From a virus, in the IMG/VR virus record IMGVR_UViG_3300042555_002918, positions 64,001 to 128,000 of that record: a DNA stretch of 64,000 nucleotides; one strand, given 5' to 3'. Below, in pieces: positions 37,927 through 45,298 of the stretch (position 1 is its first letter; every line of letters starts with the position of its first letter). The notes beneath the pieces are model-generated. The model had not been told where the DNA came from, ran no database searches, and saw only the letters and a list, made by a program, of their open reading frames with translations. The position numbers and the translations under genes were made by a program.

Positions 37927-38109
37927 TTAGGTTCTAATGCCGAGGGAGATTTTGAATTTGGTACTCGCAGTGCTGATTGAAATCTTGCTGGCGCAGATTG
38001 AGTTCTTGTCGGGAAACAAAGACACTTCAATGTCTCGGATATGGATGACCAGCCGGTATCCTACTCCCGCCGTCCCGTATCGTGTCCTGCGAACTCTTAC
38101 TAATCTCAT
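37927..38109 (-). CDS. Small basic hypothetical protein
   Basis: First ATG ORF downstream of the promoter at 38131-38165. Confidence 0.35.
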   Translation of the reverse strand: MRLVRVRRTRYGTAGVGYRLVIHIRDIEVSLFPDKNSICASKISISTASTKFKISLGIRT

Positions 38110-38130
38110 ACAGCAAAACCCTTATGTACT

Positions 38131-38165
38131 GTGATAGCAGAACGAGACAGGTGCCGAGCATTACC
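38131..38165 (-). promoter_or_regulatory. GGTAATG-class promoter
   Basis: GGTAATGCTCGGC-N16-TATCAC. Confidence 0.7.
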
Positions 38166-38194
38166 GATTCTGAGTTTGGTGCGGCAAAGCTCGA

Positions 38195-38202
38195 TATAAA
38201 TA
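38195..38202 (+). promoter_or_regulatory. T4-type late promoter
   Basis: TATAAATA. Confidence 0.7.
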
Positions 38203-38283
38203 GCTATGCGGGGCAAAACCCAGCTTTGGGTGACACGCTAAATAGTGGTCGAGACGCGTTTTATACTTTGGAAGATTTCAACA

Positions 38284-38691
38284 ATGGCAAATGGCATGTA
38301 CTCAAAGGGCCTTGAGGCTTTTTTGACCGGTAACGTGAACTGGGAGGCTGATACGATTAAGGCGGTTCTCTTGGACCTTGATCGATACTCCCCGAATCTC
38401 CTCTCCCATCAGGTGCTCGCCGATATCCCATCAGCGGCCAGGGTATCTATTTCCCCTGCCCTTACCGCTAAAACGGCTACCAATGGGGTGGCGGACGCGG
38501 GGGATGTAACCTTCCCATCTGTGTCTGGCCCTCAGTCTGAGGGCATTGCTCTCTTTAAAGACACTGGGAATGAGGCTACATCGACCCTTATCTGCTTTAT
38601 CGATACAGCAGGTGGGCTCCCGGTCTATCCCGGAGGAAGTGACATTTCGGTGGTGTGGGATAACGGACTGAACAAGATCTTTAGGCTCTAA
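38284..38691 (+). CDS. Putative virion/minor tail protein
   Basis: MANGMY..FL.G..W..DTIKAVL..ADAGDVTF..GLPVYP.G.DI.V.W..KIFRL; own late promoter and terminator. Confidence 0.6.
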   Translation: MANGMYSKGLEAFLTGNVNWEADTIKAVLLDLDRYSPNLLSHQVLADIPSAARVSISPALTAKTATNGVADAGDVTFPSVSGPQSEGIALFKDTGNEATSTLICFIDTAGGLPVYPGGSDISVVWDNGLNKIFRL

Positions 38692-38713
38692 CCCAGGGGT
38701 CACATCTGTTCAA

Positions 38714-38738
38714 GGGGAGCCGTGAGCTCCCCTTTTTT
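38714..38738 (+). terminator. Intrinsic terminator
   Basis: GGGGAGC-CGTGA-GCTCCCC-TTTTTT. Confidence 0.85.
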
Positions 38739-38804
38739 ATGCTGAAGACCAACAAAGGGGTTTGGGAATCGGCACTTAGAAAGTTTTTCACACATTTTAA
38801 AAAA

Positions 38805-38839
38805 GGTAATGCTCGGCGCTTAATGCTCTCCCGTAGGCT
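38805..38839 (+). promoter_or_regulatory. GGTAATG-class promoter
   Basis: GGTAATGCTCGGC-N16-TAGGCT. Confidence 0.8.
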
Positions 38840-38878
38840 GGTCAAACTGAAATTAACCGTTTTTTACGGAGTTTGAAC

Positions 38879-39085
38879 ATGGCAACGAAGAAAGCAGCAA
38901 AGGCGACCAAGGCAAAGACAACGACGGCAGGGAAATCTACGGCTGAGATCCTCACCCAGACAAACAGCCGAGTGGCTTGCTTAAGCGCAGCAAAGAAGAA
39001 GGCAGCTAAGAAGAAGGCAGCAAATCGGGTGGTATCGCTTTTGACCCGAGCAAAGGCAGCGCTTCTTCGCCTTGTGGGTCGTTAA
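38879..39085 (+). CDS. Small Lys/Ala-rich basic (histone H1-like) protein
   Basis: KKAAKATKAK, AAKKKAAKKKAA; RBS GGAG. Confidence 0.6.
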   Translation: MATKKAAKATKAKTTTAGKSTAEILTQTNSRVACLSAAKKKAAKKKAANRVVSLLTRAKAALLRLVGR

Positions 39086-39114
39086 TTGTACAGAGTAGCT
39101 TGAGGAGGAGGTTT

Positions 39115-39456
39115 ATGAGTTTGTTTCATCAGAAATCAGAAGTTCTTAGGCGTCTTTCTCAGGCTATTACTCAGCTTGAGGAGGCGGTCTACGCGGCGAA
39201 GGACACTATCGAGAGTAAGCCCGAGTATCCGATTGAGGCTATTGAGCGCCTGGACCACTATCTGAACATTGTGGCCCAGCAGCGGTACTCGCTCCTTACC
39301 ATTTCAGACCTCATCGACCAGGGGGACATGGAGTCCCTTACCCAGGAGGTCAGCAAGGTCAATGGGCTCTCGGCTATGATCCGCGAGGACGCCAAGGAGC
39401 TCCTTGGGGTCTTGGCTAACCCTGACCTTAAGGTAGTCCGGCCCGAGTACAACTAG
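39115..39456 (+). CDS. Helical hypothetical protein
   Basis: Strong RBS GAGGAGGAGG before MSLFHQ. Confidence 0.7.
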   Translation: MSLFHQKSEVLRRLSQAITQLEEAVYAAKDTIESKPEYPIEAIERLDHYLNIVAQQRYSLLTISDLIDQGDMESLTQEVSKVNGLSAMIREDAKELLGVLANPDLKVVRPEYN

Positions 39457-39482
39457 CCAGTCCGCCTTCAAACGCAGGGCAC

Positions 39483-39533
39483 AAAAAAGCCCCGGTGTCG
39501 CATGGTGAGTGCGGCATCGGGGCTTCTTCTTTT
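39483..39533. terminator. Bidirectional intrinsic terminator bounding the att region
   Basis: A6-GCCCCGGTGTCGCA...TGCGGCATCGGGGC-TTCTTCTTTT. Confidence 0.75.
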
Positions 39534-39681
39534 GGGGGTCGTGAGTGGTTTGGTGGGTAGCGGATCATCTGTCCGCTTTATCTGTTTGCCTTTGCTTTTG
39601 ACTTCTTGTTACTGTTTAAGAGAGCGGACATTTTGGGCTCACTTCGTTCGATGCTTTTGAGTAAAACGCACTCGAACTTCG

Positions 39682-40003
39682 TGGTCATAAAATGGTCCAA
39701 AACATCGAAAAACACGTAGCGAAAAGTGGCTACAAAGAGCAAAAACGAACGCACAAACCGTTAGGAGTTTTGCTTTGAAAAGTGTGGTGTTTTAGGGGAA
39801 TAAATAACCATTTCAGTGAGATAGAAATGGAGCGGGTGAAGAGATTCGAACTCTCGACCTCTTCCTTGGCAAGGAAGACAGTCGAGAGTTAGATTCGAGG
39901 TGAGACTACCTTAACCTGCTGATTTACCTACCCTTATCACCTTCTCATTTTTCAAACATAGGTCAAAAAAGGTCCGTGGTCCAAAATGGTCCAAATTTTG
40001 ACC
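39682..40003. mobile_element. attP: Phage attachment site attP (tRNA-Gly core with integrase arm-type repeats)
   Basis: TGGTC(C/A)-A-rich repeats at 39682, 39693, 39960, 39977 and 39987, inverted copy at 39996-40003; IHF consensus at 39912-39924; adjacent to integrase. Confidence 0.8.
39828..39877 (-). pseudogene. 3' half of tRNA-Gly(GCC), the attP identity segment
   Basis: - strand CTTCC-TTGCCAA-GGAAG-AGGTC-GAGAG-TTCGAAT-CTCTT-CACCCGC-TCCA; D-arm and 5' acceptor strand absent. Confidence 0.9.
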
Positions 40004-40019
40004 CGCAAAAATGCCCTAG

Positions 40020-40054
40020 GGGAATGTTTGAGCGTTCGTCATAGCTCTTAAGTT
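40020..40054 (+). promoter_or_regulatory. Variant GGTAATG-class promoter for integrase
   Basis: GGGAATGTTTGAG-N16-TAAGTT. Confidence 0.5.
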
Positions 40055-40061
40055 AGGAGGC

Positions 40062-41180
40062 ATGATGAAGCAAAAAAACATCGTCGAGCGCACCACTGCT
40101 AATGGCGAAAAGCGGTATCGAGTGAGGGTAAGGCTTAAGGGGGTCTACGTGAGCAAGACATTTCGCTCTAAGGCCCATGCCCAACAATGGCTCCAGAATC
40201 AGTCGAGGACCATCGGAGCATCGGCTGAACTTGGAATCCTGGATGACTCAGACTACAGCACAAAGACCGTCAAGGATGCTGTGGAGTCCTTCCGGACATT
40301 CAAGCTCCCTACCCTGACATCGGGGGAGAATAACCGGAGTCTGCTGGATGAGATTGTCAGGACCCTAGGAACCAAGAAGCTTAACGACGTGGACCACGAC
40401 GACGTGTTCCTGGCGGTAAGGGAATATCGTAGTGGGGGGAAAAGGGGTCGGTCTGAATCGTCGGCCAATAAGTTTATCAACCTCATCTCGTCGGTGTTCA
40501 CCGAGGCAAGGCGAAAGAAGTGGACCAAGAACAAGCCCACCGAGTTTGTTAAGCGATACGATGAAGAGAGGTTTCAGCGAACCAGGTCTCTCAGCAAGGA
40601 GGAGGAGGAAAGGCTTATTAAGGAGGCAGAGAAGAACATTTACCCAAACTCCGTAGTTTCAATCTGGTTGGCCCTCCTCACCGGATACCGGAAGGACTGG
40701 ATCCGCCATATGAAGTGGGACTACATCAACTTTGACAGGAGAATGATCCAGCTACCCTTGGGGAAGATTAACCCTCATGGAAAGACTGGTAAGAATACAG
40801 CTAAGGGTTTACCCATCGTTGAGAAGCTCTATCAAGAGTTGAAAAAGCATAGAGCCCTCTTGCGTGCAGCTGGCGTCAATAGTCCCTACCTGTTTCCTCA
40901 GGAGAGTAACGCTAATAAGGCTTGGGACATCATAGCTGCGTATAAGAGCGCAGTAAAAAGAGCTGGTATTGAGAACTTAACGTTCCACGACCTTCGACAT
41001 AGCGCGGCGACTAACCTGGTAATGAAGGGGATTCATCAGCGGATTATCGGAGAGATGCTTGGGCACAAGGACGCTAGGAGTACTCAGCGATATACCCATG
41101 TGCCAACTGAGCATATGAGAAATGAACTTGAGAAAGCCTTTTCCTATTCAAATGATGGAGGTGAAGATGAGACCGTGTAA
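40062..41180 (+). CDS. int: Tyrosine integrase
   Basis: Catalytic R (TGYRK), HDLRH, LGHKD, RYTH; N-terminal arm-binding-like YRVRVR..SKTF. Confidence 0.93.
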   Translation: MMKQKNIVERTTANGEKRYRVRVRLKGVYVSKTFRSKAHAQQWLQNQSRTIGASAELGILDDSDYSTKTVKDAVESFRTFKLPTLTSGENNRSLLDEIVRTLGTKKLNDVDHDDVFLAVREYRSGGKRGRSESSANKFINLISSVFTEARRKKWTKNKPTEFVKRYDEERFQRTRSLSKEEEERLIKEAEKNIYPNSVVSIWLALLTGYRKDWIRHMKWDYINFDRRMIQLPLGKINPHGKTGKNTAKGLPIVEKLYQELKKHRALLRAAGVNSPYLFPQESNANKAWDIIAAYKSAVKRAGIENLTFHDLRHSAATNLVMKGIHQRIIGEMLGHKDARSTQRYTHVPTEHMRNELEKAFSYSNDGGEDETV

Positions 41181-41391
41181 GTACCCAGACTACGTAAAAG
41201 CCCAAGACCTAGCAGATGAATTTGGAATAGAGCCATTGCTAGCCAAGGCAATGATTTACTTCCGGCAGATCAACGGCCTATGCGATGCGGGAGCTATTAT
41301 GATTTTGCATGGCTCAAGGGTCATGATCCACAAGGAGAAGTTCCAGAACTGGATGGAACGAAAAAAGCTTCCAAAGAGCGTCATCTGGTAA
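41167..41391 (+). CDS. Excisionase/RDF-like winged-helix protein 1
   Basis: YVKAQDLADEF..NGL..GA..GSRVMIHKEKFQNWM; overlaps end of int. Confidence 0.6.
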   Translation: MRPCKYPDYVKAQDLADEFGIEPLLAKAMIYFRQINGLCDAGAIMILHGSRVMIHKEKFQNWMERKKLPKSVIW

Positions 41392-41421
41392 TGTTGGAGC
41401 GATGATCGTAGTTGATAAATT
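41387..41421 (+). promoter_or_regulatory. Variant GGTAATG-class promoter for xis-like gene 2
   Basis: GGTAATGTTGGAG-N16-TAAATT. Confidence 0.6.
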
Positions 41422-41453
41422 GAAACTCGACAGGATGAAACACCTGGAGGGTT

Positions 41454-41675
41454 ATGACAAACGACACCGCTACAATATCCAATCTTCTAACACCAAAGCA
41501 GCTTGTGGAGCGTCATCGGTGGCTGACAATGGGTACTCTCAGGAAATACCTTTTTCACCGAATGTACAACGGTCTGGCTGAACAGAAAGTTGTCATTGCT
41601 CTATCTCAAAAGAAGCTTTTGATAGACGAAGCGCGGTTCATAAATTGGGTCAGATCTCATGGTCCCACCTGCTAA
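41454..41675 (+). CDS. Excisionase/RDF-like winged-helix protein 2
   Basis: LLTPKQL..LTMGTLR..NGL..KKLLIDEARFINWV; RBS GGAGG. Confidence 0.7.
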   Translation: MTNDTATISNLLTPKQLVERHRWLTMGTLRKYLFHRMYNGLAEQKVVIALSQKKLLIDEARFINWVRSHGPTC

Positions 41676-41686
41676 GACATTTAACT

Positions 41687-41710
41687 AGGCCCTCCTCGCG
41701 AGGGCCTTTT
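41687..41710 (+). terminator. Intrinsic terminator
   Basis: AGGCCCTC-CTCGC-GAGGGCCT-TTT. Confidence 0.75.
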
Positions 41711-41739
41711 CATTTCTCCCGTTCTGACATTCTCCAAAA

Positions 41740-41774
41740 GGTAATGCTCGGCGATTAGTCCACTTCCCTACCCT
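41740..41774 (+). promoter_or_regulatory. GGTAATG-class promoter
   Basis: GGTAATGCTCGGC-N16-TACCCT. Confidence 0.8.
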
Positions 41775-41780
41775 GGGAAA

Positions 41781-42374
41781 ATGGAACAGCGCACATTACA
41801 AATTCCTCAGGAGTTCATTTTAGAAGGTGAAGAGTGGAAGCCAATGCCAAAATATCCCGACCTCTTCGGCATTTCCAACCTAGGGAGGTCATGGAGCATT
41901 ACGAAGCAAAAAATCATCAAGCCCTGGAAAGATAAAGACGGGTATCTCCAATATCGCAATTACGTAGCAGGCCTGGACTGTATGATTTCCTTTAGACCTC
42001 ACCGCGAAGTGGCTGCTGCCTTTATACCCAACCCACACAATTACCCTCAGGTTCACCATATTGACGACGACAAGCTTAACAACTCAGCTTCTAACTTGAA
42101 GTATGGCACAGCCAAAATGAACCAACTGGATGCTGAGAGAAATAAGGTAGAGGGCTACGCTCATCGCAGGGCAGTCGTTGGGATTCATATCGAGACCGGA
42201 GAAAAGAAAAGATACCCAAGCGTACGTGACGTTGAGAAGGACGGCTTTAACTTCAGTAACGTCCGCCAGTGCTGTAAGGGCAAACGGCACAAAGCTCATG
42301 GGTACAGGTGGAAATACGCCGACGAGGCGAATGTTTCAAACATGTTCTTGGTAGATAAAATCCCTGCCGAATAG
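41781..42374 (+). CDS. NUMOD4-HNH-NUMOD1 homing endonuclease
   Basis: EEWKPM..ISNLGR, HREVAAAFIPNP..VHHID.DK.NN..NL, CCKGKR..AHGYRW. Confidence 0.88.
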   Translation: MEQRTLQIPQEFILEGEEWKPMPKYPDLFGISNLGRSWSITKQKIIKPWKDKDGYLQYRNYVAGLDCMISFRPHREVAAAFIPNPHNYPQVHHIDDDKLNNSASNLKYGTAKMNQLDAERNKVEGYAHRRAVVGIHIETGEKKRYPSVRDVEKDGFNFSNVRQCCKGKRHKAHGYRWKYADEANVSNMFLVDKIPAE

Positions 42375-42434
42375 CTCTCTACCCGAGCTGCCGAATCGCT
42401 AAATAGCTATCGAGACGTAAACGGCAGGGTAGCT

Positions 42435-42707
42435 ATGAGCGAAAAGCAGTGTTCGATGTGCAAAGAGACAAAGCCCATAGAGGCTTTCGGGCGCAATAAG
42501 AAGGGCGACAAGGTCATCGTGCGCTCTGCTTGTAAAGCCTGCACAAATGCCAAGAAGAAGGCTCAGCGGGACGCCAATCCGGCTAAGGTAAAAGAGATCC
42601 TTCGCCGCTCCTACCAAAAGCACCGCGAAAAGCGTTTGGCCTATGCTAAAAGGAAAAGAGAAGAGTCTCTAACAAAGGTAAAGACTGAGACTGATACTGA
42701 GAAGTAG
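42435..42707 (+). CDS. Stand-alone Zn-finger plus basic helix protein
   Basis: CSMC...CKAC and basic tail; no nuclease domain. Confidence 0.65.
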   Translation: MSEKQCSMCKETKPIEAFGRNKKGDKVIVRSACKACTNAKKKAQRDANPAKVKEILRRSYQKHREKRLAYAKRKREESLTKVKTETDTEK

Positions 42708-42709
42708 CC

Positions 42710-42973
42710 CTACTTCCCCTTGGTCGCTTTGTCTAACATCCGGGCTAGGTCATATTGGTCGAGTCCTAGCTTTTCAAACCACTCGGTAATGAGAGAGACC
42801 TTTAACTGATAAATGCCGCTGGTATACTGACGGTAGTACTGCCGAAGGATTCCTAGCTCCTTGGCGATTGCATAGTCAGTCATCCCCGTACGATCATTAA
42901 GCAGGTCGAAAAAGAGCACCTGATTGAATGAACCTTTGGGCTTAGTTTGACGTTTGCTCTTTTTCTTAATCAT
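42710..42973 (-). CDS. XRE-like helix-turn-helix protein (candidate repressor)
   Basis: MTDYAIAKELGILRQYYRQYTSG..LKVSLI..LGL. Confidence 0.6.
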   Translation of the reverse strand: MIKKKSKRQTKPKGSFNQVLFFDLLNDRTGMTDYAIAKELGILRQYYRQYTSGIYQLKVSLITEWFEKLGLDQYDLARMLDKATKGK

Positions 42974-43054
42974 ATCGTTAGGGTTAAAAATGTGTCAGAC
43001 TTCAACTATGGCACCCCGTTCTACTGAGACAAACGGCAGTATTAAATAAGTCAC

Positions 43055-43363
43055 ATGAGCGACCTTGAAGCCGAAAAACTCATCGAAACTGCCTGGAACA
43101 ATGGCTACACCGGACCTTTAGGCCCTCGTCCTCTATGTTATCAACTCATTGTCGAGGGTAACAATGTAATTTTCTCCCTGGAGACTGATGCAGATCAGGA
43201 ATTGCGCCATCTGTGTCTAAATTGTTTACTGATGGACAAACACTTCGTCAGGGCGCTCCTAAAGGGCGCAGAACCACGAGAGGTTCTGTGCGCGATGGTT
43301 TGCATGTCTGAACGGGAAAAGGTCAAGTTTCTCACCGAAACTATTTTGGCCCAAAGCGTTTAG
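43055..43363 (+). CDS. Hypothetical protein
   Basis: EKLIETAWNNGY..LLMDKHFVRAL; TAAATA 6 nt upstream. Confidence 0.55.
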   Translation: MSDLEAEKLIETAWNNGYTGPLGPRPLCYQLIVEGNNVIFSLETDADQELRHLCLNCLLMDKHFVRALLKGAEPREVLCAMVCMSEREKVKFLTETILAQSV

Positions 43364-43439
43364 TGAAGCCTGTTTGAAGTCGAACTACCTCTTAACGGGG
43401 TAGTGTATGCTGCTATTAGAAACGAATCTCTCAGGCAAT

Positions 43440-43763
43440 ATGTCCGGCACCAAGCACTGCGCCAAATGTGACCGCAACCGGTCCACTAACCTCTTCTATA
43501 AGAGGGCTCAATCTAAGGATGGTCTTTCCTCTTACTGTATCGATTGTTGGAAGGCACTCAATGAGAAGAGGAAAGAAGAGATGTACGCTCAGCAGGCTGA
43601 GTATAGAGATGAGCATCGAGACGAGCGAAGAAAGACCTACAGAAAGTACTGGAAAGAGAACGCAGAAGAGATTAAGGCCAGGCGCCGCGCTCGCTATGCA
43701 GAGCTAAAAAAAGAGGCCGCAAAAGCGGCCCAAAACAAAAAGAAAACCTCGAAAAAACCTTAA
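43440..43763 (+). CDS. Stand-alone Zn-finger plus basic helix protein (second copy)
   Basis: CAKC...KDGLSSYCIDC and basic tail; no nuclease domain. Confidence 0.65.
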   Translation: MSGTKHCAKCDRNRSTNLFYKRAQSKDGLSSYCIDCWKALNEKRKEEMYAQQAEYRDEHRDERRKTYRKYWKENAEEIKARRRARYAELKKEAAKAAQNKKKTSKKP

Positions 43764-43764
43764 A

Positions 43765-44412
43765 TCATTTCTGACCAATCGATTTGATGAACTTCTGGTA
43801 AGCGTCAAAGCTAACCCGCTGTATTTGAGCGGCGGGCGCGGCTTCAATAGCTTTTTTGGTTTCTTCGACCACACGTGAGACCCAAGTTCCCTCAGCAGAA
43901 AGCACCCACTCCTTGTTCTCCATGACCGCTTGAACGAAAGCATCAGGCGCAGATGGGTTCATCACAACATCACCCGCCGTCACGAGAACGAAAGGAGTGC
44001 CGACTTCCTCATGTCCTTCAGTTGTTAAAGAGACGGATCCTACGGCCCGGGTAGAAACACCGAACTGAACTCCGCCTTTTAGTAATCCTCGCAAAACATT
44101 TCCCATCGGGGTGTCGAGCACGAGTGCTCTACCCACGTAGTTGTTTCCTTCGCGAGCCAAGGTAACAATTCGATGTGAGATGCGATCAATGTTGAGGTTT
44201 GGATTTGTTGGGTGGTCAGCTTCGCCTACCGCCTTACCCGTGTTCACTTGATTTTGGATATAATCCTCGATGATCGGAGCGATCTTTTGTGATGGGTAGA
44301 ACCGGTTGTTCCGGTTAATGGTATCGAGCTGAATGAAGACTCCCTCAAAGTAGAGTTTGTTATCCTCTTCTTGTCTCTTCAATTCAAAATTGGCTTCTTG
44401 TAGTAGCTTCAT
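43765..44412 (-). CDS. gp21: Prohead core protease
   Basis: MKLLQE, EGVFIQ..NRNNRFYP, GEADHP, TPMG, GVSTRAVGS, NPSAPDAFV. Confidence 0.93.
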   Translation of the reverse strand: MKLLQEANFELKRQEEDNKLYFEGVFIQLDTINRNNRFYPSQKIAPIIEDYIQNQVNTGKAVGEADHPTNPNLNIDRISHRIVTLAREGNNYVGRALVLDTPMGNVLRGLLKGGVQFGVSTRAVGSVSLTTEGHEEVGTPFVLVTAGDVVMNPSAPDAFVQAVMENKEWVLSAEGTWVSRVVEETKKAIEAAPAAQIQRVSFDAYQKFIKSIGQK

Positions 44413-44441
44413 AGCGATATAGAGGTCAGTCTGTTTCCCTC

Positions 44442-44479
44442 TATTTATAGCCCTGGGATTTGGGGTGGTCCGATAAATA
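44442..44479. promoter_or_regulatory. Divergent late promoters (gp21 / kinase-like gene)
   Basis: TATAAATA on - strand (44442-44449) and GATAAATA on + strand (44472-44479). Confidence 0.7.
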
Positions 44480-44484
44480 GCTTG

Positions 44485-45294
44485 ATGGCAAAGCGTCAAT
44501 ACCCCATCGAGATACGGGACGTAGCTCCTGGGCCTGGAGCCGTCAGAATGACCGGAAAAACGGTTATTGGAGGCTTAGACGGTCTGCATACAGGTGGCGC
44601 ATGGCTCTACCAGAACAAGGTCTGGAAGCCCTTAGACGGCAGGCCTTATCAAAATGCTCAGTTTCATATCGAGACGGATGAGGAAGCCTGCCTTAAAGCT
44701 CTTCAAGGAAAACCCCTATTCCCAAAGAACTGGGAAATTGCAGAAGCCAACGGGCGACGATTTACCGTAAGAGACAAGGTGCAGACCTTTCCTGGAGGAG
44801 GATTAACCCTCAACGCTTCTCAAGTGCAGGAAATCGAAAAGGGCATTAGGGAGATGAACAGATCTGGATGGGCAGTAAATGACAACCTTGTCATCGGACG
44901 CGATGGCTCAGGGCGGCTCTTCATCGTTGACCTTTCAAACGCGTCGCACTCGACCCAGACGGGAATCCATAAACCGGACGACGGGTTCTTCTTAGATGAG
45001 CTAATGAAACAGGCTGGCTTTGGTGAGATAGTCAAATTAAAGAAGCTCGCTCAAGAGATGCGAGGTTTAATGATTTTCAATAAAGCTTTTAGTAAGTACT
45101 CAAGCTACCGCTGGATCTACTCATCGAAACAGAAGAGTGAGATTACGGGAACTGTTGATGTCACGGCGATGGCAAGTGAACTTAACGCCGTTGATAGTGG
45201 GGTTGCTCGCCAATTTTCTTGGTATGCAAGCAAGTCCGAGCTTCAGCAATCTGTAGTTCGGTCAAAGGGACTAACGCTGAGAGTAGCGGGATAG
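44485..45294 (+). CDS. Protein kinase-like fold protein
   Basis: Gly-rich loop, VWK, EEACL, GWAVND, FIVDLS. Confidence 0.5.
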   Translation: MAKRQYPIEIRDVAPGPGAVRMTGKTVIGGLDGLHTGGAWLYQNKVWKPLDGRPYQNAQFHIETDEEACLKALQGKPLFPKNWEIAEANGRRFTVRDKVQTFPGGGLTLNASQVQEIEKGIREMNRSGWAVNDNLVIGRDGSGRLFIVDLSNASHSTQTGIHKPDDGFFLDELMKQAGFGEIVKLKKLAQEMRGLMIFNKAFSKYSSYRWIYSSKQKSEITGTVDVTAMASELNAVDSGVARQFSWYASKSELQQSVVRSKGLTLRVAG

Positions 45295-45298
45295 CGAC

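Noticed and set aside
39828-39900. Functional phage tRNA-Gly gene
   Set aside because: Only the anticodon arm through CCA is present; upstream sequence cannot form the D-arm or pair with the acceptor strand, so it is treated as the attP core
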